Assembly: GCA_030637025.1 (NCBI GenBank) | Contig: DAOVVV010000006.1 | Location: 1 to 64,000, forward strand | Direction: 5' to 3' | Origin: Clostridia bacterium | GTDB taxonomy: Bacteria > CBDUZB01 > JAGLHV01 | Length of the DNA stretch: 64,000 bases | In this document: piece after piece, positions 27,980-37,299 of the stretch | Position numbering within the stretch: position 1 is the stretch's first letter | Layout of the letters: each line of letters starts with the position of its first letter | The notes under the pieces: model-generated | Told to the model about the DNA's origin: nothing | Seen by the model: only the letters and a program-made list of their open reading frames with translations | Database searches by the model: none | Position numbers and translations under genes: made by a program

Positions 27980-28077
27980 TTGTTATCAACATTGACCAGC
28001 CCGGGGAGTTTATTTTTCAGTCGCAGGTGAAAGACAAGTGAGCTTGTCCTGAGGAGCAAAACGACGAAGGAAGTCCT
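27980..28077 (+). repeat. Intergenic direct repeat core copy 5 with REP-like insert
   Basis: Core 27980-28011; GAGCTTGTCCTGAGGAGCAAAACGACGAAGG matches 3334-3364. Confidence 0.85.
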
Positions 28078-28131
28078 ATTAAGGAAATTTTTAAAAACTA
28101 TTTTGTCACAGGAGTTGAATTCAAATTAGCC

Positions 28132-28380
28132 ATGTGGTATATATATATCCTTGAATGTTCCGATAAGACTTTATATACAGGAATTACAACAAATTTAAGT
28201 AAAAGACTTAATCAGCACAATAAAGGAATGGGTTCAAAATATACATTTGCACGAAAACCGGTGAAATATGTTTATTCAGAGAAATGTCCTGATAGATCAT
28301 TTGCCACAAAAAGAGAACAGGAGATTAAATGTTTGACAAGAAAGAAAAAACTTGAGTTAATAGAAGGCAAATCGCTGTAG
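28132..28380 (+). CDS. GIY-YIG nuclease family protein (UPF0213)
   Basis: [17 protein letters not shown]...RL.QHN.G.G.KYT, A.KRE..IK. Confidence 0.9.
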   Translation: MWYIYILECSDKTLYTGITTNLSKRLNQHNKGMGSKYTFARKPVKYVYSEKCPDRSFATKREQEIKCLTRKKKLELIEGKSL

Positions 28381-28511
28381 GTGAATTTACACTGAATCTA
28401 ATTAGGTGAGTTCTGCCCCGGAAATGTTTTTCTTTCCTCCATAAGTAACACACTTTAAACTTTTAAAATTAACAACTTAAAGATTTCTTTATTATGGTAT
28501 GAGTTTTTACC

Positions 28512-28540
28512 TTGACACTAAAATAGAATAAAAATATAAT
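28512..28540 (+). promoter_or_regulatory. Consensus sigma70 promoter
   Basis: TTGACA-17 bp-TATAAT. Confidence 0.7.
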
Positions 28541-28643
28541 TAAAAAATGAAGAGACCATCTGAGAAATCAGGGAAGTTATTAGGGGTTGGAGAACAGATA
28601 CTTCAATAAATTAAAACCTTAAGCAACATTCCTCAAAATTTCA

Positions 28644-28732
28644 CGTTAACAAATCATAGGAATTGAGTTCTTTAGGAGCTATCGAGTTTGCTCGATGCTC
28701 ATTTCGTCAGCAATTCAATTCAGGCATTATCT
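28644..28732 (+). other. Solitary, degenerate integron attC site
   Basis: TAAC-AAATC-ATAGGAAT...central hairpin ATCGAG-TTTG-CTCGAT...ATTCAAT-TCAGGC-ATTATCT; attC spacing, but R' starts ATT instead of GTT. Confidence 0.65.
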
Positions 28733-28758
28733 GAAATAAAAACAGAACAGGAGAGAAT

Positions 28759-28953
28759 ATGATAGATATTTTAATACCTTTAGTCGGAGGAATTTTACTG
28801 CTTACCAAACCGGATATGTTTATACGTAAAGAAATGGAAGAAGATCTAAAGAAAAAGAAAAAAAATTTATATCAGAAAATCGGATGGGTATTAATAGGCG
28901 TAAGTATTCTGTATTTTCTCAGTAAAATATTGATTAATGCGAGTTGTAGGTAA
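28759..28953 (+). CDS. Small two-TM hypothetical protein (probable former gene cassette)
   Basis: RBS AGGAG; starts 27 bp after the attC-like site. Confidence 0.6.
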   Translation: MIDILIPLVGGILLLTKPDMFIRKEMEEDLKKKKKNLYQKIGWVLIGVSILYFLSKILINASCR

Positions 28954-29004
28954 TCAGGGGATATAGATATTCAGCTGGGTAAATTTTAAAGGAGGAGCAT
29001 AAAG

Positions 29005-30477
29005 ATGAAGGTTAAGGTCGTTTTAGCTATTGATTTGGGGACCACCGGTAACCGGGTTATAGCTTTTTCCCAGGAAGGTGAGATACTATCCAAATCTTAT
29101 TATGATTTTCCCCAGATATTTCCTCAGTCCGGATGGGTAGAACATAATCCTTTTGATATTTTAAATACCACTCTTCGTGCCCTGCGGGATGTTGTCAAAA
29201 TAATTGGCGTAAATAATGTTACCTCTATCGGTATTACTAATCAAAGAGAGACCACTATATTATGGGATAAATTTACCGGTAAACCAGTTTATAATGCCAT
29301 TGTCTGGCAATGTAGAAGAACAGAGAATATTTGCCGGGATTTGAAACAGTACAACAAAGTGATTAAGGAAAAAACCGGTTTAGTTCTGGATCCGTATTTT
29401 TCCGCCACCAAAATAAAATGGATAATTAAAAACGTTCCTAATATAAAGAAGAAAATTATTGAAGGGAAAATTATTTTCGGTACTCCGGAAACCTGGATTT
29501 TATGGAATCTAACCGGAGGTAAAGTTCACTGCACAGAGCCGAGCAATGCCTCCCGGACGATGCTTTTTAACATCAGGACATTGGAGTTTGACCCGGAATT
29601 ATTGAAAATTTTTGCTATACCCGGGCAGATGTTGCCGGAGGTTAAAAATTCTGATTCAACATTTGGAGTCCTGGATAAAAAAATACTGGGAAAGGAAATT
29701 CCGATTATTGGTATTTTGGGTGATCAGCAAGCTTCCTTGTTTACGCAATGCGGCTGGAAAAAAAAGATGATAAAAGCTACTTACGGTACGGGTATCTTTG
29801 TAATGACCAATATTCTAAAAAAACCGGTTATTTCGAACAAACTGCTGACCACTATTGCCTGGAAAATTGGCGATGAAGTAAATTATGCGATGGAAGGAAG
29901 CCTGTTTATAGGCGGGGCCGCAATCCAATGGTTGAGAGATAATTTAAAGATTCTAAAATCAGCCGCAGATAGCGAAAATATGGCTGCTTTGCTAAAGGAT
30001 AATGAAGATGTCTATTTTGTGCCGGCGCTTCAGGGATTAGGTGCTCCTTACTGGGATCCAGACGCTCGCGGACTGCTAATCGGGTTGACCAGAAAAACAA
30101 CAACAAAAAATATTGTTCGAGCTGTTTTAGAATCGTTGGCTTACCAGACCAGAGATGTAATCGAGGAAATGGAGAAAAATCTCCAATTTGAATTTAAAGT
30201 CTTGTGCGTTGATGGAGGAGCAACCGTCAATAACTTTCTAATGCAATTCCAATCCGATATTTTATCTCTGCCCATCAAACGATTAGTGAATACCGACAGC
30301 ACCGCCCTTGGAGCGGCTGGGATTAGTGCGATTACGACAGGATTCTGGACCAAAGAACAGTTTGAAAAAATGAAAACAATTGATAAAGTCTTTGAACCAA
30401 AAATGAATAAAAAAAAATCTGACTTTTATTACGCTAAATGGAAGGAAGCCGTAAAAAGGTGTTTAAAGTGGAAATAA
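29005..30477 (+). CDS. glpK: Glycerol kinase
   Basis: AIDLGTT, GWVEH, GITNQRETT, WQCRRT, GDQQA, GLGAPYWD, DGG. Confidence 0.93.
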   Translation: MKVKVVLAIDLGTTGNRVIAFSQEGEILSKSYYDFPQIFPQSGWVEHNPFDILNTTLRALRDVVKIIGVNNVTSIGITNQRETTILWDKFTGKPVYNAIVWQCRRTENICRDLKQYNKVIKEKTGLVLDPYFSATKIKWIIKNVPNIKKKIIEGKIIFGTPETWILWNLTGGKVHCTEPSNASRTMLFNIRTLEFDPELLKIFAIPGQMLPEVKNSDSTFGVLDKKILGKEIPIIGILGDQQASLFTQCGWKKKMIKATYGTGIFVMTNILKKPVISNKLLTTIAWKIGDEVNYAMEGSLFIGGAAIQWLRDNLKILKSAADSENMAALLKDNEDVYFVPALQGLGAPYWDPDARGLLIGLTRKTTTKNIVRAVLESLAYQTRDVIEEMEKNLQFEFKVLCVDGGATVNNFLMQFQSDILSLPIKRLVNTDSTALGAAGISAITTGFWTKEQFEKMKTIDKVFEPKMNKKKSDFYYAKWKEAVKRCLKWK

Positions 30478-30636
30478 GCTACTCATTCCCCCGGTTTTGT
30501 TTCCTGAAGATTTATTAAAATAAATCTAACCGCTGGGATGTATTTGCAAAACTAAGCAGGGGGGTAGCTGAAAACGGTGAAGAATGATAATGACGGCTCT
30601 TATATTTTGTTACTTGAATAATTGAAGAAGGTAAAA

Positions 30637-31725
30637 ATGGGAACAGTAATTCATGAAGAAAGAAGTTTGAGTTTTTTTGAGAAATATCTGACGCTATGGG
30701 TTATTGTCTGTATTGGATTGGGTATCTTGTTGGGGAAGATGTTTCCACAGGGTGCAATACTGTTGGATAGGTTCTCTGTTTATCAAGTATCCATACCGAT
30801 TGCTATATGCCTATTTTTTATGATGTATCCGATTATGGTCAAGATTGATTTTGCAGAAGTGATTAAAGCAGGGAAAACACCCAAACCGGTTATCATTACA
30901 CTGTTTGTTAATTGGTGCGTGAAACCTTTTACGATGCTTGCAATTGCTACATTCTTTTTAGGAGTATTATTTAAAGGATGGTTACCGGGAACTGAAATTA
31001 TAAAAGGAGGAACCGAGGTCGAGTTGTTCAGATCTTATATCGCCGGATGCATTCTTTTAGGAATAGCTCCCTGCACGGCAATGGTACTTATCTGGGGACA
31101 TCTGTCAAAAGGGAACGATGGGCATACGCTCGTTATGGTTGCCATAAATTCTCTTACCATGCTTTTTCTCTATGCTCCGCTTGGAGGATGGCTGCTTGGG
31201 GTGAATAAAATGCCTATTCCGTGGCAGACAATCGTTTTGTCCGTTGTGATCTATGTTGGGCTGCCTCTCCTTTTGGGATATCATTCAAGAAAGTGGATTA
31301 TAGCAAAGAAGGGGTTCAAATGGTTTGAAGAGAGATTCCTTCATTATTTGACACCGGTATCTATCATGGCTCTTCTTCTGACTCTTATTCTGCTATTTTC
31401 ATTTAAGGGTGAGTTGATTATCAATCAGCCTCAGGTGATTCTGCTTATTGCAATACCGCTTTTTATCCAGACATGTTTGATTTTTGTTTTGGGGTATGGA
31501 TTAGCAAAATGGCTTAAATTATCATATAGAGATGCGGCCCCATCAGCTCTTATTGGAGCAAGCAATCATTTTGAAGTTGCAATTGCCACGGCAACCATGC
31601 TCTTTGGTCTATCATCAGGAGCGGCTTTGGCAGCAGTGGTGGGGGTGTTGATTGAAGTACCGGTGATGCTCATGCTCGTACGGGTTTGTTTGAATACCAA
31701 AAGCCTATTTCGACAAGAAGGGTAG
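30637..31725 (+). CDS. acr3: ACR3 family arsenite efflux transporter
   Basis: [42 protein letters not shown]. Confidence 0.95.
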   Translation: MGTVIHEERSLSFFEKYLTLWVIVCIGLGILLGKMFPQGAILLDRFSVYQVSIPIAICLFFMMYPIMVKIDFAEVIKAGKTPKPVIITLFVNWCVKPFTMLAIATFFLGVLFKGWLPGTEIIKGGTEVELFRSYIAGCILLGIAPCTAMVLIWGHLSKGNDGHTLVMVAINSLTMLFLYAPLGGWLLGVNKMPIPWQTIVLSVVIYVGLPLLLGYHSRKWIIAKKGFKWFEERFLHYLTPVSIMALLLTLILLFSFKGELIINQPQVILLIAIPLFIQTCLIFVLGYGLAKWLKLSYRDAAPSALIGASNHFEVAIATATMLFGLSSGAALAAVVGVLIEVPVMLMLVRVCLNTKSLFRQEG

Positions 31726-31800
31726 ATATGTATAATGAGGGGGACGGAGTGGGATTATCTTTGGAATGATTGAAAAATAAAACATTAGAAGGAGCTTTAT

Positions 31801-32658
31801 ATGAAAAGAAATGCCAAAAAAATTAGAGAAATTGTGAAAAAGGGCTATGCGAAAATTGCTAAAGAACAAGGAACTTGTTGTTCTCACAAAACGTGTTGTA
31901 GTGAGTCTGACCAGGCAAAAACAATAAGTAAAAGCATGGGGTATTCTAATGAAGAGATGCGTTCAGTGCCGGATGGGGCTAATTTGGGACTTGGTTGCGG
32001 GAATCCGGTTGCAATAGCATCGCTTAAAAGAGGGGAAGTCGTCTTGGATTTAGGTAGTGGAGCAGGATTTGATGCCTTTCTTGCTGCTCGTACTATAGGT
32101 AAGACCGGATATGTTATCGGTGTTGATATGACACCTGAAATGATAAAAAAAGCTGAAGATAATGCTCAAAAAAGTGGATTTGAAAATGTTGAATTCAGAC
32201 TTGGAGAGATTGAAAAGCTTCCTGTTGAAGATAACAGTATTGATATTGTTATTTCGAATTGTGTCATCAATCTATCTCCGGACAAGGAAAGAGTTTTTAA
32301 AGAAATTTTCCGTGTATTGAAACCCGGAGGCAGAATCATGATTTCTGATTTGATACTGGTTAAAGAACTGCCTGAGAAAATCAGGAAGTCCGTTGAATTC
32401 TATGTCGGTTGTCTTGCCGGAGCAGTTATGGAAAAAAATTACATCAATTTTATACTTCAGGCAGGATTTAAAAAGCCTGCAGTTATAAGCAGAGTTTCAT
32501 TTCCGATTGAAGCGATCTCGAATGATTCAACGGCTCAGGCACTATGCTCAAGAGAAGACATTAATGATAAAGATTTGGAGGAGATTAAAGATGCAGTGAT
32601 AAGTATTAAGATATCTGCTTTTAAATCATCTATAACAGGCGGAGGAAAAGGAAGATAG
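31801..32658 (+). CDS. arsM: Arsenite methyltransferase
   Basis: Y.KIA...CC...CC, ANLGLGCGNP, DLGSGAGFD, ISNCV, YVGCLAGA. Confidence 0.93.
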   Translation: MKRNAKKIREIVKKGYAKIAKEQGTCCSHKTCCSESDQAKTISKSMGYSNEEMRSVPDGANLGLGCGNPVAIASLKRGEVVLDLGSGAGFDAFLAARTIGKTGYVIGVDMTPEMIKKAEDNAQKSGFENVEFRLGEIEKLPVEDNSIDIVISNCVINLSPDKERVFKEIFRVLKPGGRIMISDLILVKELPEKIRKSVEFYVGCLAGAVMEKNYINFILQAGFKKPAVISRVSFPIEAISNDSTAQALCSREDINDKDLEEIKDAVISIKISAFKSSITGGGKGR

Positions 32659-32751
32659 AAATTCGTGGTATGGGGTGCCCGAGAGGTAACGGGATGTAAT
32701 GAATACAAAATATCAGACAATAAAAACAATATAAAAAAAGGAACACTAACG

Positions 32752-33582
32752 ATGAAAAGACAAATCATTAAAATTGATGAAGAAAAATGTAATGGATGCG
32801 GCGGATGCGTACCAAATTGTCCCGAAGGTGCTCTGCAAATTATTGACGGAAAAGCCAGGCTGGTTGGGGAATTGTTATGCGATGGTCTTGGTGCCTGTAT
32901 CGGGAATTGCCCTCAGGGAGCAATTACAATAGAAGAACGTGAGGCAGAAGAATATGATGAAAGAAAAGTAATGGAGAATGTAGTGAAGGCCGGGGAAAAT
33001 GTTATTACAGCTCACATAAAGCATTTAAAGGATCATGGTCAGCATGAAGACCTTAAACAAGCTATGGATTACCTAAAAGAGCATAATATATCCACACCGA
33101 AATCAGAAGATAAAAATGAAGAACCTTTGCCCTGTGGTTGTTCGGGGACGATGATGAAGGATTTTCGCAATGATAAAGTCGAAGAGGCTCAAGAACAGCC
33201 GGCGGGAGCTACTAAATCCGAATTGCGTCAATGGCCTACACAGTTACACTTATTAAATTCAGCAGCACCGTATTTTAAAGAGTCCGATCTTTTAGTAGCG
33301 GCTGATTGCGTTGCGTTTACCTTTGCTGATTTTCACAGACGTTTTTTAAAAGGAAAAACTCTTGTGATGTTTTGTCCGAAACTAGATTCAAATATGGATA
33401 TGTATTTAGAGAAACTCACAGCTATTATTCGGGATAATAATATAAAATCAATTACAGTAGTTAAGATGGAAGTGCCGTGCTGTTCCGGTACTCTAAAGTT
33501 GGTAGAGCAAGCGGTTAAGAACTCAAAAAAGAATGTTGTTATTAAAGATTATACAATTTCTATTAGAGGAGACATCGTATAA
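32752..33582 (+). CDS. 4Fe-4S binding protein (ferredoxin-domain)
   Basis: CNGCGGCVPNCP, CDGLGACIGNCP, LRQWP.QL.L, CPKLD, MEVPCC. Confidence 0.88.
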   Translation: MKRQIIKIDEEKCNGCGGCVPNCPEGALQIIDGKARLVGELLCDGLGACIGNCPQGAITIEEREAEEYDERKVMENVVKAGENVITAHIKHLKDHGQHEDLKQAMDYLKEHNISTPKSEDKNEEPLPCGCSGTMMKDFRNDKVEEAQEQPAGATKSELRQWPTQLHLLNSAAPYFKESDLLVAADCVAFTFADFHRRFLKGKTLVMFCPKLDSNMDMYLEKLTAIIRDNNIKSITVVKMEVPCCSGTLKLVEQAVKNSKKNVVIKDYTISIRGDIV

Positions 33583-33764
33583 TCTAAAAGGAAACTACTG
33601 TTTTATGTCACCAAATTTTTGTTGACATAAAACCAAATAAATGTAACAATGACTTCAAAGAAAAAGACAGTAGTGATGTGTTTAAGAAATGGGTGACAAA
33701 TGGTTATACAAAAGAATACAAAGTTATTGGGCTTTGAGTTATTTTTTAGGAAAAGGAGAATGTA

Positions 33765-34112
33765 ATGAGTAAAAAATTGTACGTAGGAAATCTGCCATTC
33801 AAAATGACAGAAGATGAACTGCATTCCTTGTTTAGTGGTCACGGGCAAGTGACGAGTGCAAGAATAATAACCGATAAATATAGCGGTAGGTCAAAAGGGT
33901 TTGGATTTGTTGAAATGGAAAACGATACAGAAGCAGCAGCGGCTATAGAAGCTGTCAGCAAAAATCCTATTGACGGGAGAACATTGGTTGTAAATGAAGC
34001 ACGGCCGATGGAAGAACGGCGTCCTGGTGGAGGAGGAAAACGTTTTGGAGGAAGGAGTTCTTCCGGTGGAGGAGGAGGCCGGTTCGGGGATAAAAAAAGA
34101 AACAGATACTAA
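33765..34112 (+). CDS. RRM RNA-binding protein with Gly/Arg-rich tail
   Basis: LYVGNL (RNP2), KGFGFVEM (RNP1), VNEARP. Confidence 0.95.
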   Translation: MSKKLYVGNLPFKMTEDELHSLFSGHGQVTSARIITDKYSGRSKGFGFVEMENDTEAAAAIEAVSKNPIDGRTLVVNEARPMEERRPGGGGKRFGGRSSSGGGGGRFGDKKRNRY

Positions 34113-34256
34113 ATTTTACTCGATGATCCATGTAGTTGTTTCCGGTATATAGAAAATCCGGCATTTTTTGCCGGGAGGATTTTGTGCAGGATAGGGGACG
34201 CCCCTTTAATGACGGTGTTGAATTTTTAATGGAAGTGAGAGATAATAATTTTCATA

Positions 34257-34622
34257 ATGGAAAACAGGACGAAAGGACAAATAGAAAGTCAGATTAGTGA
34301 AGCGATAATAAAGTTTGAAAAAGAATATATGGGTAGAGGTCCTAAGGAGACCAAAACCTATATTATAAATGATATGATTTTTGTTCGGCTTAAAGGGGTC
34401 CTTACACCGGCGGAGGAGCGATTAACCAAGAGTGCAGAAGGGGCGGAGTTAATAAAAAAAACACGGGTTCGATTATTAGAAGAAGCGAGAGTTTTATTGG
34501 AAAATATTGTTTTTGACATTACTGCCTGCCATGTAAGAAGTTTGCATACGGATATAAGCACAAAAACAGGGGAAAGAATCATAGTCTTTACACTAGATAA
34601 GAATTTAGAAAACAGGTTCTAA
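34257..34622 (+). CDS. DUF2294 / MpsC family protein
   Basis: KGQIE..IS....KFEKEYMGRGP, LKGVLTPAE, HTDISTKTGERII.FTL. Confidence 0.88.
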   Translation: MENRTKGQIESQISEAIIKFEKEYMGRGPKETKTYIINDMIFVRLKGVLTPAEERLTKSAEGAELIKKTRVRLLEEARVLLENIVFDITACHVRSLHTDISTKTGERIIVFTLDKNLENRF

Positions 34623-34659
34623 ATAAGAAAAAGCCTTTTTTTGAAGCATGAAAAGAAAC

Positions 34660-34814
34660 TTGACTATTTTCTTTTTTTGTTATATAGTATGGCAACTTAA
34701 AGAATAGTTGGGAGACGAAACAAGGATCTTAAAAGAGGTTGTTGTTGAGTAAGCCAATATTAATATCTTCTGTTTTTTAAAAAGGAGCGGAAGATGAGGA
34801 TGTTGGCTTTTTTT
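34660..34814 (+). promoter_or_regulatory. Promoter followed by structured leader and intrinsic terminator (attenuator-like) upstream of pckG
   Basis: TTGACT(34660)-17 bp-TATAGT(34683); hairpin AACAA...TTGTT (34719-34743); long G.U-rich hairpin 34751-34809 followed by a U-tract. Confidence 0.65.
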
Positions 34815-34996
34815 ATTTAATGAAAGCATAGTTTACAAAAGGGTAATGAACCTAACTGATATGCCTGAATTAAATTCCGCACCTTTCTATAGGGAAGAGG
34901 TTTTTTGCAGCAAAAAGAGATGGAGTTAAATTCGACCGATAAACTTATGGGCACTTCATTTCATGAGTTTGGGTTATATTCGAAAAGGAGGATTTT

Positions 34997-36889
34997 ATGA
35001 TGGGGGAAAAATGTTTTGAATTACTTAAAGCAAAATGTGGTGAAGAAAAGTATGAGCGGCTGGTGAATTTAAATAATTCCAAATTGCTCGATTTTATTGC
35101 TAAATATTCGGAGCTTTGTAATCCTGATTCTGTATATGTTTGCAATGATTCTGAAGAAGATAAGCAATATATAAGGGATAGAGCCTTGATAACCGGAGAA
35201 GAAAAGAAACTTATTATGGAGGGCCAGTCGGTACATTTCGATGGATATAACGACCAGGCAAGGGACAAAGCAAATACAAAATATCTCCTTTCTAAAGGTG
35301 CAGGTTTGGGTTCAGGATTGAATTCGGTAGATAGAGAATCCGGTTTAAAAGAGGTACATTCTTATCTAAAAGATAGTATGGTTGGTAAGCAGATGTATGT
35401 TTTATTTTTCTGCCTCGGGCCTACCGATTCGGAATTTTCGATACCTTGCGTGCAGATAACCGATTCAAGTTATGTTGCACACTCAGAGTATATTCTTTAT
35501 CGAAGGGGATACGAACAGTTCAGGAAAATAGGAGGGTCAACCGAATTTTTCCGGTATGTTCACAGTGCAGGTGTGTTGGAAAATGGCGCGAGCAAAAATG
35601 TTGATAAAAGAAGAATTTATATGGACCTTGAGGATAACATTGTTTTTAGTACAAATACTCAATATGCCGGGAATACCGTTGGACTTAAGAAACTTTCTTT
35701 GAGACTGGCGATTCAAAAGGCTTCAGAGGAAGGCTGGCTTGCCGAACATATGTTGCTTATGGGCGTGCAGGGTAGTGACGGAAATAAAACATATTTTGCC
35801 GGGGCCTTTCCGAGTGCTTGCGGGAAGACTTCAACTGCTATGTTGCCGGGTGAAACAATTGTTGGGGATGATATAGCTTATTTAAGAAAAAGAAATGGAA
35901 ATATTTATGCTGCAAATGTTGAATGTGGCATATTTGGGATAATCCGGGACGTTAATCCAAAAGACGACCCTATAATTTGGGATGTTCTTTCTATGCCGGA
36001 AGAAGTGATTTTCTCTAATATTCTGGTAACTGATGAAAATGTTCCGTACTGGCTTGGAGACGGTAGAGAAGTACCCGGGAAGGGAACGAATTACTCCGGT
36101 GAATGGTATAAAGGGAAAAAGGATTCTCAGGGAAATGAAATCTCTTATTCTCATAAAAACGCACGCTATACAGTGAGCCTTTATTCGCTAAAAAACGGTG
36201 ATTCTAATTTAGATAATCCGGAAGGTGTTCAGGTAAAGGGAATTATTTACGGGGGGAGAGATTCCAGTATTTGGCCTCCTGTGCAGGAAGCTTTTGACTG
36301 GGCTCATGGAGTAATAACAATAGCTGCTTCTTTAGAATCGGAAACTACGGCGGCAACTTTAGGCAAAGAAGGGGTTCGTCAATTTAATCCTATGTCCAAT
36401 CTTGATTTTCTTTCTATAACTCTTGACAAGTATATTGAGAATTATCTCTCGTTTGTTAAAGGAGTAGATGTTCCCCCTGGAATTTTTGGTGTTAATTATT
36501 TTCAGAAAGGCAATGATGGGAAGTATCTTACAGCAATGGATGATAAGAGGGTGTGGGTCAAATGGATGGCGCTTCGTGTTAATGGAAATGTTGGTGCTAT
36601 TGAAACCCCGATAGGATATATTCCTAAATATGAAGATCTTAAAAAGTTGTTCCAAAAAGTACTTAAAAAAGATTATGCCGAAGAAGATTACCTAAAACAA
36701 TTTACACTAAGAATCCCGGAAAATATTGAAAAGATTGAAAGAATCACCGGCATTTACAAAACAAAAGCGATTAATGTCCCGGATATTTTCTTTAGCAGCC
36801 TTGAAGAACAAAAAAAGAGATTGGAAGTTGCAAGAAAAAGGGACGGGGATTATGTTCCCCCGGCAAAGTTTTTAGCACAGGGAGCATGA
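34997..36889 (+). CDS. pckG: Phosphoenolpyruvate carboxykinase (GTP)
   Basis: GWLAEHM, AFPSACGKT, VGDDIA, H.NARY, YGGR, NPM. Confidence 0.93.
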   Translation: MMGEKCFELLKAKCGEEKYERLVNLNNSKLLDFIAKYSELCNPDSVYVCNDSEEDKQYIRDRALITGEEKKLIMEGQSVHFDGYNDQARDKANTKYLLSKGAGLGSGLNSVDRESGLKEVHSYLKDSMVGKQMYVLFFCLGPTDSEFSIPCVQITDSSYVAHSEYILYRRGYEQFRKIGGSTEFFRYVHSAGVLENGASKNVDKRRIYMDLEDNIVFSTNTQYAGNTVGLKKLSLRLAIQKASEEGWLAEHMLLMGVQGSDGNKTYFAGAFPSACGKTSTAMLPGETIVGDDIAYLRKRNGNIYAANVECGIFGIIRDVNPKDDPIIWDVLSMPEEVIFSNILVTDENVPYWLGDGREVPGKGTNYSGEWYKGKKDSQGNEISYSHKNARYTVSLYSLKNGDSNLDNPEGVQVKGIIYGGRDSSIWPPVQEAFDWAHGVITIAASLESETTAATLGKEGVRQFNPMSNLDFLSITLDKYIENYLSFVKGVDVPPGIFGVNYFQKGNDGKYLTAMDDKRVWVKWMALRVNGNVGAIETPIGYIPKYEDLKKLFQKVLKKDYAEEDYLKQFTLRIPENIEKIERITGIYKTKAINVPDIFFSSLEEQKKRLEVARKRDGDYVPPAKFLAQGA

Positions 36890-36970
36890 CTGAGCAATAA
36901 ATAGATGATTTCCTTAACGGGAATCGGGCGAAGATAAAGAAAGTTTAGAAAGAGAGTAGTTATTTATTTC

Positions 36971-37270
36971 AAGAGTTCTGCAAAATAACACATTCTGTCA
37001 TTCCTCACTTGCAGACTGTGTCACAATTGCTTTTTTCTGTCATCTTCGGGCTTGACCCGGAGATCCAGTAAAATATTATCGTCGGAAAATGGATTCCCGA
37101 TAAAAGATTTCGGGAATGACAAAGCCAAAAACGGCAGTTATGACACAGTCTGTTGATGCGGAATCTATAATGTGCTTAAAATATCAATAGATTCCTGCTT
37201 TCGCAGGAATGACCCGTCTGAGGCGGAGCAGGCAGGTAACAAGGTAAAAAGGCTATTTTGCAGAAGTCTA
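36971..37270. mobile_element. Miniature inverted-repeat element (outer family, copy 1), interrupted by a second element
   Basis: Ends AGAGTTCTGCAAAATA / TATTTTGCAGAAGTCT; flanked by 9-bp direct repeat ATTTATTTC (36962, 37271); paralog at 56285-56449. Confidence 0.8.
37012..37152. mobile_element. Nested 141-bp miniature inverted-repeat element
   Basis: TIRs CAGACTGTGTCACAATTGC / CAGACTGTGTCATAACTGC (17/19); 3-bp TTG duplication; empty site seen in the 56285 copy. Confidence 0.85.
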
Positions 37271-37299
37271 ATTTATTTCAAGATGGGGGGCAATTAATT

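Noticed and set aside
393-28011. Repeat family as a CRISPR array
   Set aside because: Copies are kilobases apart with genes between them; no regular spacers and no cas genes.
34695-34750. Assignment to the Na+ (DUF1646) or another named riboswitch
   Set aside because: Only a superficial TCTT-AA-AAGA resemblance; cannot match a consensus by eye, so left as an unnamed leader.
37258-37299. Extended N-terminus of PurC in the ORF track
   Set aside because: TTG lies in the mobile element end; ATG 37300 is more plausible.
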